Shown piece after piece: positions 19,523-28,825 of a DNA stretch of 64,000 nucleotides. The stretch comes from Alphaproteobacteria bacterium UBA998 (lineage in GTDB: Bacteria > Pseudomonadota > Alphaproteobacteria > Rickettsiales > UBA998). The translations under genes and the position numbers were made by a program. The notes under the pieces were generated by a model. It searched no databases and was not told where the DNA came from. It worked only from the letters and a program-made list of their open reading frames with translations. The stretch spans positions 2,895-66,894 of the forward strand of contig DBAY01000030.1 of the NCBI GenBank assembly GCA_002291925.1. Direction: 5' to 3'. The stretch's first letter is position 1. Each line of letters opens with the position of its first letter.

Positions 19523-20800
19523 ATGCATGACATCAAGTGGATACGCGAGAACCCGGAGGCCTTCGACGCCGCGCTGAAGAAACGCGGACTGGCCCCGATG
19601 AGCGCTGAGCTGATGGCGCTGGATGAGGAGCGCCGCGCCTCCATTACCAGGATGCAGGAACTGCAGGCCCGCCGCAACGAACTCGCCAAGCAGGCCGGGC
19701 AAGCCAAGGCCAAGGGGCAGGATGCCGAGCCGCTCTTCGCCGAATCACGTGAGGTGGGCGCCCAGCTTAAAGCGATGGAAGAAGCGCTGGCGGGCGATGA
19801 TCCGCTGAAGGCGAAACTGGAAGCCATCCCTAATGTGCTGGATGAAGACGTGCCTGTGGGGGGGGATGAGTCGGGTAATGTTGAGGTGAAACGCGAAGGG
19901 CAGAAACCCTCGCTGAGTTTTGCCGCCAAGGAGCATTTTGATCTCGGCGAGGCGCTGGGGCAGATGGATTTCGAAACCGCCGCCAAGATGTCCGGCGCAC
20001 GGTTCGTGCTGCTCTCCGGTGCGCTCGCCCGCATGGAGCGTGCGCTCGCCAGCTTCATGCTGGATAACCACACGCTGGAATGGGGCTACACCGAAGTCGT
20101 GCCACCCTACATGGTGCGTGATAATGCAGCTTACGGTACGGGCCAGTTGCCGAAATTCGCGGAAGACCTGTTCCAGACCACGAATGGCTATTTCCTGATA
20201 CCCACAGCGGAGATTCCGGTCACCAACATCGTCGCCGACTGCATCATCGAGACGGATGACCTGCCGCGCCGGTATGTGGCCTACACACCGTGCTTCCGCT
20301 CGGAGGCGGGGTCGGCGGGGCGCGATACGCGGGGGATGATCCGCCAGCACCAGTTCTCCAAGGTGGAGCTGGTCAGCATCGTGCCGCCGGAGATAAGCAA
20401 GGACGAGCATGAACGCATGTTATCGGCCGCCGAGAGCATCCTGAAGAAGCTGGGGCTGCATTACCGCGTGATGCTGCTCTGCTCGGGCGATACGGGCTTT
20501 GGATCGCAGAAGACTTATGACATCGAGGTCTGGCTGCCGGGGCAGAATGCCTACCGCGAAATTTCCAGCTGCTCGAATTTCGGCGCGTTCCAGGCGCGGC
20601 GCATGAAGGCGCGCTACCGGCCCATCAAAGGCGAAAAACGTACGGAATTCGTGCATACGCTGAACGGCTCTGGCCTCGCCATTGGCCGCACGATGATCGC
20701 GATTCTGGAGAATTACCAGCAGGCGGATGGCAGCATCGCCATCCCCGAGGCGCTGGTGCCGTACATGGGCGGGATGACGAAGATTGAACGGGCCGTTTAG
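19523..20800 (+). CDS. serS: Serine--tRNA ligase
   Basis: [14 protein letters not shown] coiled-coil N-terminus. Class II motifs [25 protein letters not shown] and [21 protein letters not shown]. The ORF-track start at 19436 reads through the upstream repeat. Confidence 0.95.
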   Translation: MHDIKWIRENPEAFDAALKKRGLAPMSAELMALDEERRASITRMQELQARRNELAKQAGQAKAKGQDAEPLFAESREVGAQLKAMEEALAGDDPLKAKLEAIPNVLDEDVPVGGDESGNVEVKREGQKPSLSFAAKEHFDLGEALGQMDFETAAKMSGARFVLLSGALARMERALASFMLDNHTLEWGYTEVVPPYMVRDNAAYGTGQLPKFAEDLFQTTNGYFLIPTAEIPVTNIVADCIIETDDLPRRYVAYTPCFRSEAGSAGRDTRGMIRQHQFSKVELVSIVPPEISKDEHERMLSAAESILKKLGLHYRVMLLCSGDTGFGSQKTYDIEVWLPGQNAYREISSCSNFGAFQARRMKARYRPIKGEKRTEFVHTLNGSGLAIGRTMIAILENYQQADGSIAIPEALVPYMGGMTKIERAV

Positions 20801-20806
20801 GATGCC

Positions 20807-20884
20807 GTCATTCTGTGAGGCGAAGCCTGCGCAGAATCTCCGGGAGATTCCGGGCTCTTTGCCGACGGCTCACCGCGGAATGAC
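20807..20884. repeat. Palindromic GTCAT...ATGAC element (family B)
   Basis: gtcATTCTGTG...CAGAATctccgggagATTCCGGG...CGCGGAATgac, i.e. two hairpin modules. Confidence 0.85.
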
Positions 20885-20898
20885 AGGAGAAGAAAATC

Positions 20899-20992
20899 GT
20901 CATTCCAAACGAGCGAAGCGAGGAGGAATCTTGGGTTGGAGATCATCGCGAGTATCCCGGTATAAAGATTCCTCGCCTGCGCTCGGAATGAC
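20899..20992. repeat. Palindromic GTCAT...ATGAC element (family C)
   Basis: gtcattccaaacgagcgaagcgaggaggaatct...ggtataaagattcctcgcctgcgctcggaatgac. Close relative at 23788..23878. Confidence 0.85.
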
Positions 20993-21008
20993 GGGATAGG
21001 ATAGATTC

Positions 21009-21803
21009 ATGCTCACCATTCCTGAGAACCTCATCGGCTGCCGTATTCTCATCAGCAATGATGACGGCATCCATGCGCCCGGCATTGCGGCGCTGGAGAA
21101 GGTGGCGCGGCAGTTTTCGGATGATGTGTGGGTGGTGGCGCCGGAGTCGGAGCAAAGCGGCGTGGCGCACTCGCTGACATTGCATCTGCCGCTGCGCGTG
21201 CGCCAGCTGGCGGAAAAGCGCTTCGCTGTGACCGGCACGCCGACCGATTGCGTGCTGCTGGCGGTGCGCGAAATTATTCCGCGAGACCAGCCGCCGGTGA
21301 TTGTGCTTTCCGGCATCAATCGCGGCTCCAACGTGGCGGAGGATGTGACTTATTCCGGCACCATCGCCGCCGCCATGGAGGCGGCGCTGCTCGATGTGCC
21401 CTCGATCGCCTTCAGCCAGCATTATGATGAGCGCGGGCCCGTCAACTGGGCGACGGCTGAGCATTACGGCGTGGAAGTGCTGCGCCAGTTGCAGGGCGTC
21501 AGCATCCCGAACGGGCACCTGCTCTCGGTGAACTTCCCGGCGGTGGAGCCGGGGAAGGCCAAGGGCTTCCGACTGGCACCGCAGGGGCAGCGGCGGATCA
21601 TGGAGAAGCTGGTAAAGCGCGAGGACCCCAAGGGGCGGCCGTACTACTGGATCGGCGGCACCAGCTTCGACGAGCTGGAGGATTTCACACCCGGCTCTGA
21701 CCATTCGCTGCTGAAGGAGGGCTATGTCACCCTCACGCCGCTCTGCCTTGATCTCACCAATCATGCGCTGCTCGAATCGCTGGGCGATCGGCTGGGGTGG
21801 TAG
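21009..21803 (+). CDS. surE: 5'/3'-nucleotidase SurE
   Basis: RILISNDDGIHAPGI, SGINRGSN and YSGTIAAAMEA motifs. Confidence 0.95.
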   Translation: MLTIPENLIGCRILISNDDGIHAPGIAALEKVARQFSDDVWVVAPESEQSGVAHSLTLHLPLRVRQLAEKRFAVTGTPTDCVLLAVREIIPRDQPPVIVLSGINRGSNVAEDVTYSGTIAAAMEAALLDVPSIAFSQHYDERGPVNWATAEHYGVEVLRQLQGVSIPNGHLLSVNFPAVEPGKAKGFRLAPQGQRRIMEKLVKREDPKGRPYYWIGGTSFDELEDFTPGSDHSLLKEGYVTLTPLCLDLTNHALLESLGDRLGW

Positions 21804-21805
21804 GC

Positions 21806-22495
21806 ATGAGCGGGGCCGGGGAGGACGACGATAACGCCTACGAGGCCGATGCCATCGACCCGTTCCTCAGCGGCAAGATCAAGCTGCTGATGAAACTGCG
21901 CAGCGCGGGCATCCGCGAGACGCGCGTGCTGTCGGCCATCGAGAGCATCCCGCGCGAGATGTTCGTGCCGCGCATGTTCGTGGACAAGGCCTATGCCGAC
22001 ACGGCGCTGCCGATTGAGTCCGGCCAAACCATCAGCCAGCCGCTGGTAGTGGCGTGGATGACCTCGGCGCTGGATGTGACGGATCGCCACCGCGTGCTGG
22101 AAATCGGCACGGGCTCGGGCTATCAGGCGGCGATTCTCGCGCGGCTGGCGCGGCGGGTCTACACCATCGAGCGTCACCGGGCGCTGGGGGAAATCGCGGA
22201 GGAGCGCTTCAAGAAGCTGCGCCTCACCAACATCACCGCGCGCATCGGTGATGGCACGAAGGGCTGGCCGGAAGCGGCGCCGTTTGACCGCATCATCGTC
22301 ACCGCCGGGGCCAAGGAAGTGCCCGCCGCGCTGGTGGAGCAGCTGGAAGTGGGCGGCGTGATGGTGATGCCGGTCGGCGACCCGGTGGGCGACCAGGTCC
22401 TGCTGCGGCTGGAGCGCACGCCCGAGGGCTATGCCTCGCAGCACCTCATGAATGTGCGTTTTGTGCCGCTGATTGCCGGGCGGGCGCCGGACTAA
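21806..22495 (+). CDS. pcm: Protein-L-isoaspartate O-methyltransferase
   Basis: GQTISQPLVVAWM and VLEIGTGSGYQAAILA motifs. Alternative GTG start at 21797 overlapping surE. Confidence 0.9.
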   Translation: MSGAGEDDDNAYEADAIDPFLSGKIKLLMKLRSAGIRETRVLSAIESIPREMFVPRMFVDKAYADTALPIESGQTISQPLVVAWMTSALDVTDRHRVLEIGTGSGYQAAILARLARRVYTIERHRALGEIAEERFKKLRLTNITARIGDGTKGWPEAAPFDRIIVTAGAKEVPAALVEQLEVGGVMVMPVGDPVGDQVLLRLERTPEGYASQHLMNVRFVPLIAGRAPD

Positions 22496-22577
22496 CCATT
22501 TCCTCGCCCTTTGAACTTGTCTGTTTACGAAATATTAGCGACGTCCCTATATAGCGTAGAGTTCAGGAGAGTTTGCC

Positions 22578-23471
22578 ATGATCCGTCCGCTGTTTCCCGT
22601 CATTGCCCTGCTGGTGTTGGGAGCCTGTACTCAATCCCCCGCGCCGGTAGAATATCGCGGCAGCTATTTCTTCGGGCAGGATGGGCCAATCGGCAATAAC
22701 GGCATGGAGGCACCGAAATACTCGGACAACCACCGCGCCGATCTGCCGGACGAACAGGAAGTCCGCTATAAATCCCCCGTCCATGATTACGGCGTGGCGG
22801 CTGAGGTAAGCGATGTCTCCGCCAGCGACCTGCCGCCTCCTGCGCCGCTGCAGCCTTCGCCGCCGCCCGTACAGGCGGTGGATGCCTACAGGTCCGGCGC
22901 GCAGGCGACCGTGGTGGATCCGGCGCTGACCCGTGTGCCCGCGCCGGGGCAGGGTTATTATGACTACAAGGCGCAGGCCAATGTCCCGCCCATCACGCAG
23001 ACGCAGACCGTGACGCAATCCGCTCCTGCGCAGCCGGACGCCAACGCTGCGCAGACGGTGGATTACTATGCGCAGGAATCGGCCCAGACGGCCGCCGCTG
23101 CCACGGGCCCGGCGCCGCAATTCATCTGGCCGCTGCGGGGTGAAATCTTGACGCCGTATGGTGGTGCAAGCAAGGGCATTGGCATCTCTGCGATGAAAGG
23201 CGATCCCGTGCGTGCCGCCGATGATGGCACGGTGCTTTCTGTCGGCGGGCAGGGCGCGCTTGGCATGGTGGTGACCGTCTCACATGCAGGCGGCTGGACG
23301 TCGCAATATGGCCAGCTGGGGGAAACGGTGGTGCGTATCGGCGATCAGGTGGTGCGCGGCCAGCTGGTTGGCTTCGTCGGCACGCCGAAAACCGGTCCGG
23401 CGCAACTCTATTTTGCCCTCACAAAGTCCGGCAGCCCCGCCGATCCGCGTGCGCTTATGGTGGAAGACTGA
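22578..23471 (+). CDS. nlpD: NlpD-like lipoprotein with a degenerate LytM (M23) domain
   Basis: Lipobox LLVLGAC, a P/Q/A-rich linker and a C-terminal M23-like fold (FIWPLRGEILTPYG...GDPVRAADDGTVL...GDQVVRGQLVGFVG). The usual metal-ligand His positions read GIGISA, QYGQL and AQLYFAL. Conserved surE-pcm-nlpD order. Confidence 0.8.
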   Translation: MIRPLFPVIALLVLGACTQSPAPVEYRGSYFFGQDGPIGNNGMEAPKYSDNHRADLPDEQEVRYKSPVHDYGVAAEVSDVSASDLPPPAPLQPSPPPVQAVDAYRSGAQATVVDPALTRVPAPGQGYYDYKAQANVPPITQTQTVTQSAPAQPDANAAQTVDYYAQESAQTAAAATGPAPQFIWPLRGEILTPYGGASKGIGISAMKGDPVRAADDGTVLSVGGQGALGMVVTVSHAGGWTSQYGQLGETVVRIGDQVVRGQLVGFVGTPKTGPAQLYFALTKSGSPADPRALMVED

Positions 23472-23486
23472 TCCGGGCACGGGCCT

Positions 23487-23512
23487 ATCATCCTTCGACA
23501 AGCTCAGGATGA
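23487..23512. repeat. Short hairpin repeat unit (CATCCT-N11-AGGATG)
   Basis: catccttcgacaagctcaggatg. First unit of the stacked repeat array 23472..23999. Confidence 0.5.
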
Positions 23513-23622
23513 GGGGCGGGGGTGGGAGTATCCAGCAGCCAGCTATGTCACCCAGCATTCATTGCGGGGTCTCCTCGTGTGGCAGGGAGCCCCGCGTACC
23601 ACGTGCGCGGTGAAAATGACTC

Positions 23623-23697
23623 GTCATTGCGAGCGCCAGCGAGGCAATCCAGCGGGTGGGGCTGGATTGCCGCGTCGCTGGCGCTCCTCGCCATGAC
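23623..23697. repeat. Palindromic element family A (GTCATTGCGAGCG...CAATCCAG...CTGGATTGC...CTCGCCATGAC)
   Basis: Related copies at 53160..53232 and 54524..54596. Confidence 0.9.
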
Positions 23698-23710
23698 GGT
23701 TGCCATCATC

Positions 23711-23772
23711 GTCATGCTGAACTCGTTTCAGCATCTATTCATACATAGGCCCTGAAACGAGTTCAGGGCGAC
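23711..23772. repeat. Palindromic element family D (GTCATGCTGAACTCGTTTCAG...CTGAAACGAGTTCAGGGCGAC)
   Basis: Long inverted repeat, ctgaactcgtttcag / ctgaaacgagttcag, around a 20-nt centre. Confidence 0.75.
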
Positions 23773-23787
23773 AAGGAGATATACGCG

Positions 23788-23878
23788 TCATTCCGAACGA
23801 CCAGCGTGAGGAATCTTTACACAGGAGCACTCTTGAGGTTCCCTGTATAAAGATTCCTCACCTGCGGTTCGGAATGAC
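23788..23878. repeat. Palindromic element family C
   Basis: gtcattccgaacgaccagcgtgaggaatct...ctgtataaagattcctcacctgcggttcggaatgac. Sibling of 20899..20992. Confidence 0.85.
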
Positions 23879-23899
23879 GAATGACGGTTGTTTTAGTCT

Positions 23900-23981
23900 G
23901 TCATTCCGGGACGCGAAGCGGGCCCGGAATCCCCTCGCGTGACGAAGGAGATCCTGCGCAGCCTGCGGCTCGCAGGATGAC
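23900..23981. repeat. Palindromic element family B
   Basis: gtcATTCCGGG...CCCGGAATcccc...ggagATCCTGCG...CGCAGGATgac. Its arms are shared with the copies at 18115, 20807 and 48414. Confidence 0.85.
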
Positions 23982-23999
23982 ACGACCGGAGAGAAATAG

Positions 24000-24695
24000 C
24001 TAAAGCTCCAGCTTTTTCCCCAAGCGGCCGGCGAGGTCGTTGATGTACTGCCACGCTACACGGCCGGAGCAGGCGCCGCGGGTTCGTGACCATTCGATAG
24101 CTTCAGCTTCGCGGCGATCGGCGGGGTAGCCTAGGCCGAAATGCGCGTCATAAGCGGCGATGATGGCGAGGTAGGTCGGCTGGTCCATCGTATGAAAACC
24201 GAGCCAGAGGCCAAAGCGGTCGGAGAGGGAGACTTTCTCGTCGATGACTTCGCTGCCATGCAGGGCGGCGCGCTGCTCATTTTCCAACAGCTCGCGCGGC
24301 ATGAGGTGGCGGCGGTTCGAGGTGGCGTAGAACAGCACGTTGTCCGGGCGACCGCTCAAGCCGCCTTCCAGAACGGACTTCAGTGATTTGTAGGTCGCGT
24401 CGCCGCCATCGAAGGAGAGATCGTCGCACAGCAGCAGGAAGCGGCGCGGCTGGCCCTTGAGCTGGGCGAGCAGCAGGGGCAGGGAGCCGATATCCTCGCG
24501 CGCAATCTCGATCAGCGCCAGCGCACCCGGCTTGTACTGGTTCAGCTCGCGATGCACGGCTTTCACTAGCGAGCTTTTGCCGGTGCCCCGTGCGCCCCAC
24601 AGCAGCGCATGGTTGGCGGGGTAGCCTTTTGCGAAGCGCTCGGTGTTCTCCCACAGCAACTGCTTCTGATGCTCCACCCCGAGAATGAGCGCCAT
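24000..24695 (-). CDS. DUF815-family P-loop ATPase (C-terminal 231 aa; N-terminus appears displaced to another frame)
   Basis: NHALLWGARGTGKSSLVKAVH P-loop and FLLLCDDLSF Walker B. ORF 24566..24856 on the same strand encodes what looks like the family N-terminus (see finding). Confidence 0.75.
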   Translation of the reverse strand: MALILGVEHQKQLLWENTERFAKGYPANHALLWGARGTGKSSLVKAVHRELNQYKPGALALIEIAREDIGSLPLLLAQLKGQPRRFLLLCDDLSFDGGDATYKSLKSVLEGGLSGRPDNVLFYATSNRRHLMPRELLENEQRAALHGSEVIDEKVSLSDRFGLWLGFHTMDQPTYLAIIAAYDAHFGLGYPADRREAEAIEWSRTRGACSGRVAWQYINDLAGRLGKKLEL

Positions 24696-24909
24696 GGGCA
24701 GGCATGCACCTGTGCCAAAGGCTCGAAGCGGGCAGGCGGGTGCCAGATGAACGCATCCGCCTCGCGCAGGCTGGCACTGGCGGCCGGTGGCGGCAAGTGA
24801 CGCTCCAGCGCTTCGGCGATGCGGTGCAGAACGGGGAGGAGCGATTCATCTTGCATGAGAATAAGCGGCTTCTTATGTGTCAGATATCCTTTTTTGTAGC
24901 AGAGGCCGT

Positions 24910-26334
24910 ATGCAGGATAAACCGCTGAATCTCGTTTGGATGCGCCGCGACTTGCGGCTGCATGATCACGCGGCGCTGCATCACGCGCTGAAAGGTCCCG
25001 GCGTCATTCAGCCGGTGTTCGTCTTTGACACAGAGATTCTCGCACGCTTCGCCAATCCGCTGGATCGGCGTCTGACCTTCCTTGCGCAGGTGATGCTGGA
25101 TCTTGATTCGGAACTGCGCGCCCGCGGCGGCGGGATGCTAGTGCTTCACGGCCCGGCCACCGAGGTGATGCCAAGGCTGGCGCAGGCGCTCGGCGCGGCG
25201 CAGCTGGTGGCGGCGGCCGACATTGAGGGCCCGACGCGGGCGCGCGATGCGTCAGTGGCGCAGGTGCTGAGTGGCATCACCAAGATGTCGCTGGTGAAGG
25301 ATGCGTGGATTCGCCATGGCGGCGCGGTGAACAAGAAGGACGGCACGCCCTATCATGTGTTCACGCCCTATGCCAAGGCGTGGCGGGCGACACTGACGCC
25401 GGAAGACCTTGCCGAGCGCGTGGTGGAAGACAAGGGACGCTATGCCCACGTGGCGGCGCTGCGGGCGAAGGCTTACGCGGCGGGGCTGCGCGTGCTGGAT
25501 CTCTCGCAGGGGCTGGAAGCGCTGCTTGAGCAGATCGGTTTCAAAAAAGCGGATATCACGCATTGGGGCACGCGCGAGGGGGAGGCGCGGCTGCACCGGT
25601 TTGTCGAGACGCGGCTGAAGAATTACAGCCATGACCGCAACATGCTGGCGGAGGATGGCACCAGCCGCCTCTCGCCGTACCTGCGGCATGGGTTGGTTTC
25701 CGTGCGGGAATGCGCGCGGCTGGCGTGGGATCGCCCCGGCGCGGAAGGCTGGGTGAATGAGCTCATCTGGCGCGATTTCTACGCGATGATTCTCTATCAT
25801 TACCCGGAGACGGCGACGGAGGAGTTCCTCCCCAAATTCCGCCGCACGCTCAACTGGCGGCGCGTGGAGGCGGACTTCGAGGCGTGGAAGGCCGGGCGTA
25901 CGGGCTACCCGGTGGTGGATGCCGCGATGCGCCAGATGCAGGAGATCGGTTGGATGCATAACCGCGCGCGCATGATTGTGGCGAGCTTCCTGTGCAAGCA
26001 TCTGCGCATCGACTGGCGGCTGGGCGAGGAGCATTTCGCGCAGCACCTGATGGATTATGATCTTGCCTCCAACGCGGGCGGCTGGCAATGGGCAGCCTCG
26101 ACGGGCACCGATGCGCAGCCTTACTTCCGCGTGTTCAACCCCACGACGCAGGGTGAAAAATTCGATCCCGAGGGCGAGTATGTCCGCCGCTATGTGCCGG
26201 AGCTGGGGGCGATGAAAGGCAAGAAGGTGCATCAGCCGTGGGGCGATGCCGCGCGCGGCAGCTATCCGGCGCCCATCGTGGATCATGCCTCCGCCCGGGC
26301 GGAGGCGCTGCGCATGTTCAAGGAAGTGGCGTGA
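24910..26334 (+). CDS. phrB: Deoxyribodipyrimidine photolyase (class I CPD type)
   Basis: LVWMRRDLRLHDHAAL N-terminus. FAD-binding C-terminus TSRLSPYLRHG, GWMHNRARMIVASFL and WQWAASTGTDAQPYFRVFNP. Confidence 0.9.
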   Translation: MQDKPLNLVWMRRDLRLHDHAALHHALKGPGVIQPVFVFDTEILARFANPLDRRLTFLAQVMLDLDSELRARGGGMLVLHGPATEVMPRLAQALGAAQLVAAADIEGPTRARDASVAQVLSGITKMSLVKDAWIRHGGAVNKKDGTPYHVFTPYAKAWRATLTPEDLAERVVEDKGRYAHVAALRAKAYAAGLRVLDLSQGLEALLEQIGFKKADITHWGTREGEARLHRFVETRLKNYSHDRNMLAEDGTSRLSPYLRHGLVSVRECARLAWDRPGAEGWVNELIWRDFYAMILYHYPETATEEFLPKFRRTLNWRRVEADFEAWKAGRTGYPVVDAAMRQMQEIGWMHNRARMIVASFLCKHLRIDWRLGEEHFAQHLMDYDLASNAGGWQWAASTGTDAQPYFRVFNPTTQGEKFDPEGEYVRRYVPELGAMKGKKVHQPWGDAARGSYPAPIVDHASARAEALRMFKEVA

Positions 26335-26356
26335 TACCCATTTTGGGGCTCCGCGA

Positions 26357-27658
26357 TTACGGGCGGCCGACTGAGACGTAGTGCAAACTGGCGTCGCGGG
26401 CCTCGGTGGGCGAGAACATGTTGCGCAGGTCGATCAGGACAGGCTGTTTCAGCCAGCCTTTCAGCTGCGCCAGTGGCAGCTCACCGTATTCCGGCCATTC
26501 AGTGAGGATGACCACCGCATCCGCGCCACGCGCGGCCTGCTCCACGTTTTCCTGCCATTGCACGGCGGAGGGCAGGGCCGCCTCGCCATGCTTGCGGCCT
26601 TCGGGGTCATGCACGCGCACCGTGGCCCCGGCTTCCAGCAGCCCCGGCACGATGACCAGCGCCGGGCTTTCGCGCACGTCATCCGTGCCCGGCTTGAAGG
26701 TGATGCCCAGCACGGCCAGCGTCTTGCCGTTCAGGTCACCGCCGCAGGCCTGCCGGATCTTCTCGACCATGCGCCGCTTGCGGGTTTCGTTGGAGCCCAC
26801 CACCGCGTCGATCACCGGGGAGGGCACATGGTTCAGCCGCGCGATCTGGATCAGCGCCAGCGTATCCTTGGGGAAGCAGGAGCCGCCGAAGCCCGGGCCG
26901 GGGTTCAGGAACTTGCGGCCGATGCGGCTGTCCAGCCCGATGCCGTGCGAGACCATGCCGATATCCGCGCCCACGCCCTCGCAGATGTCCGCCATCTCGT
27001 TGATGAAGGCGACTTTGGTGGCGAGGAAGCTGTTGGCGGCGTATTTGATCATCTCCGCCGTCTCCAGATCGGTGGCCACCAGCGGCACGCCGGACTGCAA
27101 GAGGGGAGCGTAGAGCTGCTCCATGCGCGCCTTGGCGTCGGCGGCGCTGGTGCCGATGACCAGCCGCTCCGGCTGCATGAAATCCTCGATGGCCGAGCCT
27201 TCGCGCAGGAATTCAGGGTTGGAGGCAATCAGGAGATCCGGGCGGGTGGCGTGCAGCCACTCCTGCAGGGCGCGGTTGGTGCCTAGGGGCACAGTTGATT
27301 TCGTAATAACAAGCGCTCGGGGCGCAGCGTAGCGGGCGATTTCCTCCGCCGCTCCGAAAACATAGGTAAGGTCAGCCTGCCCATCTTCGGGGCGGGGCGG
27401 CGTGCCCACGGCGATGATAACGGCCTCCGCCTGCGCCAGTGCGGTGGCGGCGTCGGTGGTGAAATGAAGGCGTCCGGCCTCGGTGGCGCGTTGGATGAGC
27501 GGCTCCAGGCCCGGCTCATAAATGGGCGTGCTGCCTTGGCGCAGCGCCTCGATGACCGCCGGATTGCGGTCCACGCAGGTGACCTCATGCCCTAGCTCCG
27601 CGAGGCAGCTACCGGAGACAAGGCCCACATAGCCAGTGCCGAGAACGCAGAGCCGCAT
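26357..27658 (-). CDS. ugd: UDP-glucose 6-dehydrogenase
   Basis: [16 protein letters not shown] Rossmann motif and catalytic GFGGSCFPKD. The ATG at 27658 overlaps the galU stop. Confidence 0.9.
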   Translation of the reverse strand: MRLCVLGTGYVGLVSGSCLAELGHEVTCVDRNPAVIEALRQGSTPIYEPGLEPLIQRATEAGRLHFTTDAATALAQAEAVIIAVGTPPRPEDGQADLTYVFGAAEEIARYAAPRALVITKSTVPLGTNRALQEWLHATRPDLLIASNPEFLREGSAIEDFMQPERLVIGTSAADAKARMEQLYAPLLQSGVPLVATDLETAEMIKYAANSFLATKVAFINEMADICEGVGADIGMVSHGIGLDSRIGRKFLNPGPGFGGSCFPKDTLALIQIARLNHVPSPVIDAVVGSNETRKRRMVEKIRQACGGDLNGKTLAVLGITFKPGTDDVRESPALVIVPGLLEAGATVRVHDPEGRKHGEAALPSAVQWQENVEQAARGADAVVILTEWPEYGELPLAQLKGWLKQPVLIDLRNMFSPTEARDASLHYVSVGRP

Positions 27659-28527
27659 CACAGGTAATCAGGCAGGAAGGCGCGCACTTTGGGGCCGATG
27701 TCGGGATCGGCCAGCGCATAGGCGAGGTTGGCTTCGACGAACCCGTGATGCTCGCCACAATCAAAGCGGCGGCCCTCGAAGCGGTAGCCATAGACGGATT
27801 GAGTGCGCAGGGAGGTGTTGATGGCGTCGGTAATCTGGATTTCACCGCCCGCACCGCGTTTCTGCTCGGCCAGCAGGTCGAAGATTTCCGGCTGCAGCAC
27901 GTAGCGGCCGATGATGGAGAGCGTGGAAGGGGCCACTTCCGGCGCGGGCTTCTCCACCAACCCTTTGACTTTCACCAGCGGCCCCTGCTCGGATTCGATG
28001 TCGAGAATGCCGTATTTGCGGGTTTCTGCCTTCGGAACGTCCATGACCGCCACAATGTTGCTGCCCGGCACCTGTTCGTGGGCGTTGATGAGCTGTTTCA
28101 GGCAGGGCGTCTGCGATTTTACGAGGTCATCCGCCAGAATCACGGCAAACGGCTCGTTGCCGACGATGTGGCGGGCGCACCAAATGGCGTGGCCAAGGCC
28201 CATCGGCTCCTGCTGGCGGGTAAAAATGACGTTTCCCGGCTCCGGCAGCCAGGATTTGGCCATTTCCAGCTCTTTTTTCTTATTTGCCTCATTGAGGACA
28301 TTCTGCAACTCATACGCGTGGTCGAAATGGTTCGAAATGGCGTTTTTGTTGCGTCCGGTAACGAAGACGAACTGCTCGATGCCCGCCGCGCGCGCTTCCT
28401 CAAAAGCGTAATGAATCAAAGGCTTGCTGGCGACCGGCAGCATCTCCTTGGGCATGGATTTGGTGGCGGGGAGGAAGCGTGTGCCGAGGCCTCCGACGGG
28501 GAAGACGACTTTGCGGATTTTTTGCAT
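27658..28527 (-). CDS. galU: UTP--glucose-1-phosphate uridylyltransferase
   Basis: [27 protein letters not shown] and VEKP motifs. Confidence 0.95.
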   Translation of the reverse strand: MQKIRKVVFPVGGLGTRFLPATKSMPKEMLPVASKPLIHYAFEEARAAGIEQFVFVTGRNKNAISNHFDHAYELQNVLNEANKKKELEMAKSWLPEPGNVIFTRQQEPMGLGHAIWCARHIVGNEPFAVILADDLVKSQTPCLKQLINAHEQVPGSNIVAVMDVPKAETRKYGILDIESEQGPLVKVKGLVEKPAPEVAPSTLSIIGRYVLQPEIFDLLAEQKRGAGGEIQITDAINTSLRTQSVYGYRFEGRRFDCGEHHGFVEANLAYALADPDIGPKVRAFLPDYL

Positions 28528-28596
28528 GAGAAGGCTCGCGTGGTTGGGCCTGTTAAAACGGACGGCGCATCACGTGTCAAAGGGATTGTGTCAGCG

Positions 28597-28624
28597 CTTG
28601 ACTTCGCGCGCGTTGTCGCTACAT
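28597..28624 (+). promoter_or_regulatory. Candidate sigma-70-type promoter for rpmG-yajC-secD
   Basis: TTGACT, a 16-nt spacer, then TACATT. It ends 34 nt upstream of the rpmG ATG. Confidence 0.3.
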
Positions 28625-28657
28625 TCTACCGCTCATTTCATTCGACAGGTAGCTGAC

Positions 28658-28825
28658 ATGGCCAAGAAAAACACCATCCTGCTGAAGCTGGAAAGCACGG
28701 CGGATACCGGCTTTTTCTACGTGAAAAAGCGCAACCCGCGTAAATACCCGAACAAGCTCTCGTTCAAGAAATACGACCCGATCGCGCGCAAGCACGTCGA
28801 GTTCAAGGAAACGAAGCTGAAATAA
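28658..28825 (+). CDS. rpmG: 50S ribosomal protein L33
   Basis: [55 protein letters not shown], 55 aa. It is embedded in a longer ORF-track entry. Confidence 0.95.
   Translation: MAKKNTILLKLESTADTGFFYVKKRNPRKYPNKLSFKKYDPIARKHVEFKETKLK

Noticed and set aside
20784-20999. 71-aa ORF in the serS-surE spacer, and similar short ORFs at 23522..23755, 23893..24093, 37396..37653 and 54412..54612.
   Set aside because: They consist almost entirely of translated palindromic repeat elements. The peptide similarity between copies reflects the DNA repeat, not a gene.
21574-21589. TGGCACCGCAGGGGCA with sigma-54 GG/GC spacing.
   Set aside because: It lies inside the surE coding region, has a poor -12 element (GGGCA rather than TTGCW) and no obvious target gene start within reach.
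23472-23999. Possibility that the clustered repeats form a CRISPR array.
   Set aside because: The units are different palindromic families lying back to back. They are not one direct repeat separated by unique spacers of regular length, and no cas genes are present.
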